Assembly (NCBI GenBank): GCA_045652085.1
Contig: JAZRTR010000043.1
Location: 3,613-67,612 of the forward strand
Direction of reading: 5' to 3'
Origin: Akkermansia sp.
GTDB lineage: Bacteria; Verrucomicrobiota; Verrucomicrobiia; Verrucomicrobiales; Akkermansiaceae
DNA: 64,000 nt
The number at the start of each line of letters is the position of its first letter. The stretch's first letter is position 1. Shown piece by piece: positions 31,564 to 39,640 of this stretch. The translations under genes were made by a program, and so were the position numbers. Below the pieces are notes generated by a model that did no database searches, was not told the DNA's origin, and worked only from the letters and a program-made list of their open reading frames with translations.

Positions 31564-33645
31564 ATGGATAAAGTATACTTCAGCGTGTGTCTGCTTGCTA
31601 TGATGGCGTTGCCGTCATGCGGGCGGTTCTTTTCTCCTCGTCTGATGCCTGAGGACGAGCGGAGAATATCTGCGCTGGAGGCTCGAATTGATGCTATTCC
31701 CACCGGTGCGGATTATGGTGATTATCCGGAGAGTTCCTACGAGTTTTTTGTAAGTCACCGCTATTATCTGGACACCATGGTGGTGTATAAGGATTCTGCA
31801 CTGCTTGCAAAGGCGGATGCTTCTTGTCCTATTTACATCTGCTTGGGGCAGCAGCGTGGGCGACTTTATGTGGATGGACGTGTCGCGTTGGATTGGCCGG
31901 TTTCTACCGGAACGGAATCAACTCCGACGTCGCGTGGTCGCTTCGTCATATTGGAGAAAAAGAGAGAACATTGTTCCGGGCGTTTTGGTGTTATTTACGC
32001 TGCTGATGGCACTGTGCTGGAGGAAGAAGCTGATTCCCGAAAGCATACAGTTCCCCCCGGCGGTCGCTGGGAGGGTGCATCCATGCCGAACTGGATGCGC
32101 CTGACGGACTCAGGTATAGGAATGCATACGGGATTGGTTGTGCCTGGTCAGCGGTTGTCGCATGGCTGTATTCGCATGCCGCATCAGATAGCATCATGGA
32201 TTTTTGATATTGTCAGTCTTGGTAGCCCGGTGTATGTGGCGGAGGAGGTTGAGGAGGTATTTCCTTGTCCGGAAGCTTTGGGCGTTGGTGATGCTATTCG
32301 TCAGAGCGCCAGAGCTCGTACTTTGCTGACCGAACAGCTGGATGCTTTGCGCCTTGAGGCAGAAGAACGTGCCGTGGTCTATGCTGATGAAATTCGTCGT
32401 AATGAGGCTGCTGCTCGTGAAGCAGAGCGCGCAGAACGTGCCCGCCGCCGTGAGGAGGAAAGATTAGCTGAGGAAGCTGCTGAACGCGCAGAAGCCGAGG
32501 AACGTGCCCGAGTTCGTGCTGAACGTCAGGCTGCCCGTGAGGCTGAGCGAGCAGAACGCGCTCGCCGTCGCGCCGAAGAAGAGGCTGCTGAGGAGGCTGC
32601 TGAACGCGCAGAAGCCGAGGAACGTGCCCGAGTGCGTGCTGAACGTCAGGCTGCCCGTGAGGCTGAGCGTGCGGAACGTGCTCGCCGCCGCGCCGAAGAG
32701 GAGGCCGCTCGTGAGGCAGAGAGAGCAGAACGTGCTCTCCGCCGCGAGGAAGAAAGATTAGCTGAGGAGGCTGCTGAGGAGGCTGCTGAACGAGCAGAAG
32801 CCGAGGAACGAGCCCGAGTGCGTGCTGAACGTCAGGCCGCTCGTGAAGCAGAGCGAGCGGAACGTGCTCGCCGCCGTGAGGAGGAAAGATTAGCTGAGGA
32901 AGCTGCAGAACGAGCAGAAGCCGAGGAGCGCGCCCGAGTACGCGCTGAACGTCAGGCCGCTCGTGAAGCAGAGCGAGCAGAACGTGCCCGCCGCCGTGCC
33001 GAAGAAGAAGCTGCTGAGGAAGCTGCTGAACGCGCAGAAGCTGAGGAGCGTGCCCGAGTACGCGCTGAACGTCAGGCTGCTCGTGAAGCAGAGCGCGCAG
33101 AACGTGCCCGTCGCCGTGAGGAGGAAAGATTAGCTGAGGAAGCTGCAGAACGAGCAGAAGCCGAGGAACGAGTCCGAGTACGCGCTGAACGTCAGGCTGC
33201 CCGTGAAGCGGAGCGTGCAGAACGCGCTCGCCGTCGCGCCGAAGAAGAGGCTGCTGAGGAGGCTGCTGAACGTGCAGAGGCCGAGGAGCGCGCCCGAGTA
33301 CGCGCCGAACGTCAGGCTGCTCGTGAAGCAGAGCGTGCAGAACGCGCTCGAGTGCGTGCTGAGCGTCAGGCCGCTCGTGAGGCAGAGCGAGCAGAACGTG
33401 CCCGTCGTCGAGAGGCGGAAAGATTAGCAGAGGAAGCCGCTGAACGCGCAGAGGCTGAGGAACGCGCCCGCCGTCGTGCTGAGCGTCAGGCTGCTCGTGA
33501 AGCAGCGCGTGCAGAACGTGCCCGCCGTCGCGCAGAGGAAAAGGCAGCTGAAGAAGCTGCGGAACGAGCTGAGGCGGAAGCTAATCGTCAGGGTAGTCCT
33601 CGTCGCGGGTTCTGGTCCCGAGTTTTCAGAAGCGTGGGATTCTGA
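31564..33645 (+). CDS. lipoprotein L,D-transpeptidase (YkuD), paralog 2, with ~390-aa C-terminal E/R/A repeat domain
   Basis: Lipobox AMMALPSC. YkuD core ICLGQQRGRLYVDGRVALDWPVSTG...IGMHTGLVVPGQRLSHGCIRMP. Then a 40-aa unit AAREAERAERARRR[AE]EE..AEEAAERAEAEERARVRAERQ repeated ~9 times, and a short tail GFWSRVFRSVGF. Confidence 0.85.
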   Translation: MDKVYFSVCLLAMMALPSCGRFFSPRLMPEDERRISALEARIDAIPTGADYGDYPESSYEFFVSHRYYLDTMVVYKDSALLAKADASCPIYICLGQQRGRLYVDGRVALDWPVSTGTESTPTSRGRFVILEKKREHCSGRFGVIYAADGTVLEEEADSRKHTVPPGGRWEGASMPNWMRLTDSGIGMHTGLVVPGQRLSHGCIRMPHQIASWIFDIVSLGSPVYVAEEVEEVFPCPEALGVGDAIRQSARARTLLTEQLDALRLEAEERAVVYADEIRRNEAAAREAERAERARRREEERLAEEAAERAEAEERARVRAERQAAREAERAERARRRAEEEAAEEAAERAEAEERARVRAERQAAREAERAERARRRAEEEAAREAERAERALRREEERLAEEAAEEAAERAEAEERARVRAERQAAREAERAERARRREEERLAEEAAERAEAEERARVRAERQAAREAERAERARRRAEEEAAEEAAERAEAEERARVRAERQAAREAERAERARRREEERLAEEAAERAEAEERVRVRAERQAAREAERAERARRRAEEEAAEEAAERAEAEERARVRAERQAAREAERAERARVRAERQAAREAERAERARRREAERLAEEAAERAEAEERARRRAERQAAREAARAERARRRAEEKAAEEAAERAEAEANRQGSPRRGFWSRVFRSVGF
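32407..33585 (+). repeat. in-frame tandem repeat, 120-nt (40-aa) period, ~9 units including one 186-nt and one 54-nt variant
   Basis: The RAERQ-coding string gaacgtcag/gagcgtcag recurs at 32521, 32641, 32827, 32947, 33067, 33187, 33307, 33361 and 33481. Spacings are 120, 186, 120, 120, 120, 120, 54 and 120. Units differ mostly by synonymous changes. Confidence 0.9.
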
Positions 33646-34030
33646 AGCTTTGCCGCGGAAAGATAAGCGCCGGAGTTATAAATGGTGAGCCCCACTGGTC
33701 TTCACCAAAGAAGCGCAGCTCCATGTTGACGGGAGGTCTGGTGAATTCTTGGCAGCCGCAGTAGGAAAAGACGTCTCCCTGCTTCAGGATGGGATCTTGG
33801 TTAAAAACGTGTGCAGCCTCAATGATGCGCCTCTCTCCTGTGTTATCCTGTAGTAACCATTTCCGTCCACGGAGGCGGAGGCTGAAATCGCCTGCGTTGT
33901 GCATACGCAGGCGAAAGAAAACATGGTAAAGCGGCGAGGGACGGCGTGTGACACGCATCCCCGCCAGAGATATGCCCATATCAAGCACATCCCGCACCGG
34001 CAACGTGAGCCGTTCAGTGCTCATAGCCAC
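33626..34030 (-). CDS. apaG: ApaG-domain (DUF525) protein
   Basis: YHVFFRLRMHNAGDFSLRLRGRKWLLQDNTGERRIIEAAHVFNQDPILKQGDVFSYCGCQEFTRPPVNMELRFFGEDQWGSPF aligns by eye to E. coli ApaG ([33 protein letters not shown]...GEEYQYTSG...). The 3' end overlaps the convergent transpeptidase gene by 20 nt. Confidence 0.6.
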   Translation of the reverse strand: MAMSTERLTLPVRDVLDMGISLAGMRVTRRPSPLYHVFFRLRMHNAGDFSLRLRGRKWLLQDNTGERRIIEAAHVFNQDPILKQGDVFSYCGCQEFTRPPVNMELRFFGEDQWGSPFITPALIFPRQSFRIPRF

Positions 34031-34967
34031 TGCCCACCGTCAGAGTGGAAAGCTGCCCGACTTTGACCAGAAGCTGCTGTACTCTTTCTGCTGTGGGCTT
34101 TTCACCTTCATTCAGCGTCATAATCTCAGCAATTTCCCTGAGTTTATTTATCATTTCCTGAGCATGAATGCGTCTGGCAGTGCGAGGTGCAAGCCCCTCC
34201 AGAATTTCGCTGAAATATTCCGGTGCTTCCGGGTAGAAAATAGCCGTGGCTTTGTCTGCATCAAAACGCTCGTTGAGGGCTGCTGCTGCGGCCTCCAGCG
34301 CTCGTACCCATCCGCCTAAAGCAATAAGGTGCGAGAGATCCGGGTCACGCAGGGAGGTGAGCTCAGCGTTGACGTCGCTCTGGGTCGCGGCCAGAGCACG
34401 CTTGAACTCATCCAGTTGTCCTTTTTCTGCGTACTCCAGAAGGCAGGCTGAGTGTGAGTTCATTTGATCGCCAACGCCCAGAGCGTTGCCGTAACGAGTC
34501 AGTTCCATTGCAATGGGCTTAATGTCATTCATGTGCCCGCTTCGCACGGCGATGAAGCCGTCAGCCAGAAGGTATCCCATCTCCAGAGCAAGTGCTCCAG
34601 CGTGGGTGGGAAGTTTGTCAGGATGATTGCGCAGAACATACTCCTCCGGAATAGCCGGCAGGTTGTCCAATTGATTAAAAATCTTGGTAATGGAAGGAGC
34701 CGTGTACACGTTGATGCCCAGTTCCTGATTGGAGCGGTTTTCATCCAGCATGGAATCATCGCGGAACATGGCCGGTACTTCTCCGTGACGACGTTCCGGC
34801 TCTTCAACGTTCATGTAATCAGGGGTGCCGTCCTGTACCGTGTCAACCTCTCCCACGGAAACGCTGATTGTTTCCTGTGCGTTTACTGCCGGTGTAATGA
34901 GCATGGCTGCCGGCACCATCAGACGGTAAAGTGAAATTTTCATAATGTTCGGAAAACTCCGTTGCAT
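34014..34967 (-). CDS. hypothetical secreted protein
   Basis: Signal peptide MKISLYRLMVPAAMLITPAVNAQE (probable start 34940). Helical body. No motif recognised. Confidence 0.5.
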   Translation of the reverse strand: MQRSFPNIMKISLYRLMVPAAMLITPAVNAQETISVSVGEVDTVQDGTPDYMNVEEPERRHGEVPAMFRDDSMLDENRSNQELGINVYTAPSITKIFNQLDNLPAIPEEYVLRNHPDKLPTHAGALALEMGYLLADGFIAVRSGHMNDIKPIAMELTRYGNALGVGDQMNSHSACLLEYAEKGQLDEFKRALAATQSDVNAELTSLRDPDLSHLIALGGWVRALEAAAAALNERFDADKATAIFYPEAPEYFSEILEGLAPRTARRIHAQEMINKLREIAEIMTLNEGEKPTAERVQQLLVKVGQLSTLTVGSGYEH

Positions 34968-35069
34968 ATATTGGTGTTTTAGACTTGACTCCTGGTCAAA
35001 TATACATTACTATTTCCGCGCGTCAAGATGTAATCTTTGCCGCTGACGTAAAAAACGAAGGCTGCAAAG

Positions 35070-36680
35070 GTGATTTCTGAAACGAGCACACATCCGAAAA
35101 ATTCTGCTATGATGTCCCCTGAAACGATAGAGACGGTAAAGTACTGGTTTAACTTTATTTGGCTGATTGCTTATTTCCTGGTACTTATCGGTATGTCCGG
35201 TTATGGTTTCCATCGTTTGATAATGGTGTTCTTGTACTTGGTGCACCGCAAGCATATTCCCCAGCCCAAGGCGCAGTGGGAAGAGTGGCCGCTTGTCACC
35301 ATACAGCTGCCGATGTTCAACGAAAAGTTTGTGGTGGAAGGTCTTCTGAAGAAGGTGACTGCCATTGATTATCCTAAGGATAAGCTTGAAATTCAGATTC
35401 TGGATGACTCCACGGATGATACGTGGGACCTTTGCAAGCAACAGGTAGAGTATTATCAGGCTCAGGGGTTTGATATTAAGTGTCTTCACCGCGTGGATCG
35501 TACCGGTTTCAAAGCCGGTGCTCTTGAAGCTGCGGATGCTGTGGCTAAGGGTGAGTTCCTGCTTATTCTGGACGCAGACTTCCGTCCCGAGCCTGATATT
35601 CTGAAAGTGACTATGCCCTACTTCACGGATCCTGAGATTGCTCTCGTGCAGACCCGCTGGGGCCATATCAATCGCCATAAGAATATGCTGACCCGTCTTC
35701 AGAGTATTTTCCTTGATGGTCACTTCGCGCTCGAACAGACAGTGCGTAACCGCTCCGGTCGCTTCTTTACCTTTAATGGTACCGCCGGTGTGTGGCGTAA
35801 GTGTGCCATTACGGATGCCGGTGGTTGGGAGCATGATACTATCACGGAGGATATGGATCTTTCCTACCGTGTGCAGATGAAGGGATGGCGCTTTGTCTAT
35901 CTGAATGACTACGTGACTCCCGCAGAGCTTCCTGAGGATATGGATGGCTTTAAGGCTCAGCAGCACCGCTGGACCAAGGGCTGTATTCAGGTGTGCCAGA
36001 AGATGCTCTGGACTATCTGGCGCTCTAGCGCTCCCCTGAAGGCTAAGATGGAGGCTACTACTCACCTTACGTGTAACTACTCCTATCTGGCACTTATTCT
36101 ACTTTGCCTGCTGGTGATGCCCATCTGTACAAATCTGGTTTCACCCACGGGCGACTGGCACTGGCAGTCACCGCGTATGATGCTGCTGACTTTCACCCTG
36201 TTCTTCTTTGCCACGGTGTCTGTGTGCATGTTCTACGTGACTGCTGAGGCTATTGTACGCCCCAAGCGCTGGTGGATGGTATTCTTCATGCTGATTCCGC
36301 TTTTGGCGCTGGGTGTGGGTATGGCTGTGAATAACGCCAAGGCTGTGCTGGAGGCTATGTTCGGTAAGCCCAGTGAGTTCGTGCGTACTCCCAAGTTCGG
36401 TGAGTCCAATCAGGGGCAGCTTTCTATCGAGAAGCGAGCTAAGGGATATAAGGCGCTTAAGTCTGTACTGGTGCCCACCATTGAATTGATGTTCGGTATC
36501 TTCTTCGGCGTACTTGAAGTGGTGTACCTGATAGCTGTTTTCACCGGATATCCCGGCATGCTGCTCAACGTGCTTCTCATGAGCCCCTTCTTGGGCTTCT
36601 TCTACACGAGCTTCTGCTCTTTCGGGCGCCTCATTGATGGCGCGCGCCAGCGCAGGGCTTCTGCTCAGAATGCCGCCTGA
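35070..36680 (+). CDS. processive family-2 glycosyltransferase, plant CslA/CslC-like beta-glycan synthase
   Basis: IQILDDSTDDT, KAGAL, LILDADFRPEPD, ALVQTRW, FNGTAGVWR, TEDMDLSYR and QQHRW (QxxRW processivity motif). One N-terminal and several C-terminal TM helices. Long stretches align by eye with plant glucomannan synthase CslA. GTG start at 35070 or ATG at 35110. Confidence 0.8.
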   Translation: MISETSTHPKNSAMMSPETIETVKYWFNFIWLIAYFLVLIGMSGYGFHRLIMVFLYLVHRKHIPQPKAQWEEWPLVTIQLPMFNEKFVVEGLLKKVTAIDYPKDKLEIQILDDSTDDTWDLCKQQVEYYQAQGFDIKCLHRVDRTGFKAGALEAADAVAKGEFLLILDADFRPEPDILKVTMPYFTDPEIALVQTRWGHINRHKNMLTRLQSIFLDGHFALEQTVRNRSGRFFTFNGTAGVWRKCAITDAGGWEHDTITEDMDLSYRVQMKGWRFVYLNDYVTPAELPEDMDGFKAQQHRWTKGCIQVCQKMLWTIWRSSAPLKAKMEATTHLTCNYSYLALILLCLLVMPICTNLVSPTGDWHWQSPRMMLLTFTLFFFATVSVCMFYVTAEAIVRPKRWWMVFFMLIPLLALGVGMAVNNAKAVLEAMFGKPSEFVRTPKFGESNQGQLSIEKRAKGYKALKSVLVPTIELMFGIFFGVLEVVYLIAVFTGYPGMLLNVLLMSPFLGFFYTSFCSFGRLIDGARQRRASAQNAA

Positions 36681-36721
36681 TTTTTCTTCCCCTCCTTTAC
36701 CTATCACCTCAACTCAATTAA

Positions 36722-37546
36722 ATGATTAAAACCAGCAGACTACTCCTCCCGCTTTTGTTGGCGGTGGCGTCGTTACAGGTAGCCTGTAAAAGCAGACCTT
36801 CAGGTATTGCTGATTATACAGCAGTACCGGACAGCCCTCCGAGAGCTGTCGTTCGGGATGGCGTGGCCATCACTCTCCGAGATCAGAAACTGACTGTTTT
36901 TCGTGATGGAAGACGAGTTCGGGATTATGATATAAGCACTTCAAAGTTCGGGATTGGAGCTGCTCCTGGCAGCCGCCGCACTCCCACGGGGATTCACGCC
37001 GTATCTGATATGGTAGGTGGTAATCAGCCTCGTGGTATGGTGTTCAAGGGGTGCCGCCCGACGGGTGAGGTTGTGGGCGTTGATGCTCCCGGCCGAGATC
37101 CCATCGTGACGCGCATTATTCAGCTTCATGGTCTGGAGAATGGAAATCGTAATTCATACAGCCGCCGTATTTACATTCACGGTACGCCTGAGGAGCGAAA
37201 CATTGGCAGGCCTGCTTCCTATGGTTGCATCCGCATGCGCAGCGCGGACGTGATGGATCTTTATCCCCGGGTGTACCGCGGTATGCCGGTGGTAATCGAG
37301 CGCTGTTCTCAGGCTATGTATATGCGTGCCATGCAGCAAGCCAATACTCCCCGCATTCGTATACCGGATAGCGTGGTGGCCTCTCTGCCTAAGGATCAGG
37401 CGAGCCCTAGAAGGCGCAGCTATCGTGCACGTCGCAACGCTGTGCGTGGTTCCCGCCGTGCGATTGCCAGCCGAGGCCGTAGTGCATCCTCTCGCAGCAG
37501 TAACAGCCGCAGACTTGCCCGCCGAGCATCCCGCCGCCGTAGGTGA
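36722..37546 (+). CDS. lipoprotein L,D-transpeptidase (YkuD), paralog 3, with Arg/Ser-rich basic tail
   Basis: Lipobox LLAVASLQVAC. YkuD core TPTGIHAV...RIYIHGTPEERNIGRPASYGCIRMRSADVMDLY. C-terminal PRRRSYRARRNAVRGSRRAIASRGRSASSRSSNSRRLARRASRRRR. Confidence 0.85.
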   Translation: MIKTSRLLLPLLLAVASLQVACKSRPSGIADYTAVPDSPPRAVVRDGVAITLRDQKLTVFRDGRRVRDYDISTSKFGIGAAPGSRRTPTGIHAVSDMVGGNQPRGMVFKGCRPTGEVVGVDAPGRDPIVTRIIQLHGLENGNRNSYSRRIYIHGTPEERNIGRPASYGCIRMRSADVMDLYPRVYRGMPVVIERCSQAMYMRAMQQANTPRIRIPDSVVASLPKDQASPRRRSYRARRNAVRGSRRAIASRGRSASSRSSNSRRLARRASRRRR

Positions 37547-37570
37547 TGTCTTAATGCCGTAAATTGTATA

Positions 37571-37610
37571 AGTGCCCCGCTTGCCGTTTGTGTGAGCGGG
37601 GTGCTTTTTT
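37571..37610 (+). terminator. Rho-independent terminator after transpeptidase paralog 3
   Basis: CCCCGC...GCGGGG stem with extensions, followed by TTTTTT. Confidence 0.6.
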
Positions 37611-37683
37611 ATGCGTAATTCGCAGGTGGGCAAACCGATGCATGTTGTTGTGTGCGGCGGAGGGGCTCAGAAACCTTGTCTGA

Positions 37684-37938
37684 ATGAATGTATGGCATTA
37701 TAAGAGTGACATGTGTAAACCCTTTCGTGATTATCTCAACCTACTGCGTGACTATACCAGGGAAATAGTTACTTTTGGCGGATTATGCCTCATGTGCTTT
37801 GTATATAGTGATTTCAGGCGTCTTGCCTGTGAGCAGTCTACCACAGCAGCGCATACTGTAGATGTACTTCGTAGTATGGATGCCCGCTTGTCAAACATCG
37901 AACACACAGCCTCGATAGTACGCACTAATGAAAAATGA
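37684..37938 (+). CDS. small single-TM protein (holin-like by position only)
   Basis: 84 aa, one TM (IVTFGGLCLMCFVYSDF), charged C-terminus. Overlaps the downstream M15 peptidase gene by 11 nt. AT-richer than surroundings. Confidence 0.4.
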   Translation: MNVWHYKSDMCKPFRDYLNLLRDYTREIVTFGGLCLMCFVYSDFRRLACEQSTTAAHTVDVLRSMDARLSNIEHTASIVRTNEK

Positions 37939-38515
37939 TATTGCAAGTATTCAGCGTTGTCTAGGTGTTTGCCCGGATGGAATCATCGGCCCAATCACGA
38001 TAAGAGCACTAAAGAAAACACTCGGTATATCAGCTGAGAATTTGCCGGTATGGCCCACGCAGGCTGAAGTGCGTGGCGGTAAGAGTATATTTGGGGCTCC
38101 GGGCTGTGAGAATGAGCTTGTCAGCCTCTCGCCCCCATATCCCTTGTTTTACGAGGGAAAGCAGGTGAAAACCATTCGTGTGCACAGGCTCATTGCGCGT
38201 CATGTGAAAGATGCACTGAGTGAAGTATTACAGTGCTATGGGCCTGATGAAATTCAGCGCCTCGGACTTAATTTATACGGCGGCTCATATAATTACCGTA
38301 ACACGAGCGGTGGAAGTGCTCTTTCGATGCATGCTTGGGGAATTGCTCTGGATTTCTCTCCCGCTGCGAATTCGTATGCCACACGTGCACCCCGAGCCTC
38401 TCTCAGTCACAAAGACTGCGAGCGCTGGTGGGAAATATGGGAAAGCCATGGCGCCGTGTCACTTGGTCGCAGTTGCAACCAGGACTGGATGCATCTTCAA
38501 TTTGCTCGCCTGTGA
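37928..38515 (+). CDS. M15-family (LAS-fold) zinc peptidoglycan peptidase with N-terminal PG-binding domain, no signal peptide
   Basis: PG_binding_1-like IQRCLGVCPDGIIGPITIRALKKTLG. Zn ligands in H-x6-D (SMHAWGIALD) and the final His (DWMHLQF), as in VanY/phage L-Ala-D-Glu or D-Ala-D-Ala peptidases. Confidence 0.8.
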   Translation: MKNDIASIQRCLGVCPDGIIGPITIRALKKTLGISAENLPVWPTQAEVRGGKSIFGAPGCENELVSLSPPYPLFYEGKQVKTIRVHRLIARHVKDALSEVLQCYGPDEIQRLGLNLYGGSYNYRNTSGGSALSMHAWGIALDFSPAANSYATRAPRASLSHKDCERWWEIWESHGAVSLGRSCNQDWMHLQFARL

Positions 38516-38597
38516 TAATTAAGTGACTTATTGGGTAAGATTGTTATCCGTATAATTTTCGCTGCCATCATGTGTTGTAAACATGGTGGCGGTGCGT

Positions 38598-38636
38598 ATA
38601 AAAATTACCCCCTGAGCTTAGAGGTCGCTCAGGGGG
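38598..38636 (-). terminator. terminator of map (10-bp perfect hairpin)
   Basis: Minus strand CCCCCTGAGC-GACCTCTAA-GCTCAGGGGG followed by TAATTTTTAT. Confidence 0.6.
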
Positions 38637-38671
38637 TGAATTGAAAACAGTCATCTGATAGTTTCCTCTCA

Positions 38672-39466
38672 TCAGAGGGAAATGCCCAGCTGCTCCGGTA
38701 GGGCTATGCGGGGACGCTCAGTCAGTATCTCGCCACCATGGGAACCTACTGCTACGGTGTGCTCGAAGTGGGCTGCCCACGAGCCGTCCGCTGTTACCGC
38801 TGTCCAGTCATCCTCCAGTACTTTCACCCGGAAACTACCCAGAGTAATCATGGGTTCGATGGCCAGAATCATACCGCGTTTGAGGCGGGGAAGGGGGTAT
38901 TTGGGGCGGTAGTTCGGAATCTGCGGCTCTTCATGGAGCTTGCGGCCTACGCCGTGCCCCACATAATCACGCACGATACCGAAGCCATACTGCTTAACAA
39001 AGTCCTCAATTGCACCACACACGTCAGCCAGAGAATTGCCTTGCTTTGCTTCTGCAATCCCACGGAACAGGCATTCCTCCGTCACAGCCAGCAGGCGGCG
39101 GGCATCCTCGCTCACATTACCTACAGCTACTGTCATGGCATTGTCACCGTACCAGCCATCCACGATGGCTCCGGCATCCAGAGAGACGATGTCGCCGTCC
39201 TGTATCACACGCGACCCGCCGATTCCATGTACAATCTCTTCATTTACGGAGATGCACAGCTGTCCGGGGTACCCGCAGTAGCCAAAGAATGCATTACCGC
39301 ACTTTTCCCGCTTGAAGAGTTCTGCTGCGTAATCATCAATCTCCTTGGTGGTGATGCCCGGACGTATGATGGGCATGAGGTCCATGAGAATGCGTGCCGA
39401 TACTTCGCCGGCTTTGCGCAGTTTGCTGATTTCGTTCGGATTGCGTACGGGGATGCGTTCTGCCAT
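38672..39466 (-). CDS. map: type I methionine aminopeptidase
   Basis: From Met13 of the track ORF (MAERIPVRNPNEISKLRKAG). Metal-ligand contexts SLDAGAIVDGWYGDNA, GHGVGRKLHEEP, LAIEPM, FEHTV. Confidence 0.9.
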   Translation of the reverse strand: MAERIPVRNPNEISKLRKAGEVSARILMDLMPIIRPGITTKEIDDYAAELFKREKCGNAFFGYCGYPGQLCISVNEEIVHGIGGSRVIQDGDIVSLDAGAIVDGWYGDNAMTVAVGNVSEDARRLLAVTEECLFRGIAEAKQGNSLADVCGAIEDFVKQYGFGIVRDYVGHGVGRKLHEEPQIPNYRPKYPLPRLKRGMILAIEPMITLGSFRVKVLEDDWTAVTADGSWAAHFEHTVAVGSHGGEILTERPRIALPEQLGISL

Positions 39467-39640
39467 GTTAATCTGGATGCTGTTTGCAACAGTATAGCAC
39501 ATGGGGGCGAAAATGCAAGCCCTGATGAGGCTGCTCTGTTACACAGTTGTAACACTCTGCCTTCATTTTCTGCTCGATTTGCCCGGGGCTTTATGCTAGA
39601 CTGCGTTCGTAAAAGAAATTTTAACCCGAATTATAAACAT

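Noticed and set aside
32407-33585. Regular 120-nt repeats considered as a possible CRISPR array or non-coding satellite.
   Set aside because: There are no unique spacers. The whole array is one uninterrupted reading frame continuous with the YkuD domain. Variation between units is largely synonymous. It is a coding repeat.
35010-36065. 351-aa minus-strand ORF.
   Set aside because: Antisense to the CslA-like GT2 gene with its full motif set.
36700-39000. Possible prophage around the holin-like/M15 pair.
   Set aside because: No integrase, terminase, capsid, tail or repressor genes and no obvious att repeats were seen nearby. At most it is a remnant or a domesticated cassette, and it is reported as a finding rather than a mobile element.
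38738-39640. N-terminal 300 aa of the 747-aa plus-strand track ORF.
   Set aside because: This part is antisense to map and crosses the map promoter region. Credible coding (TM anchor, motif-bearing domain) begins at the Met at 39641.
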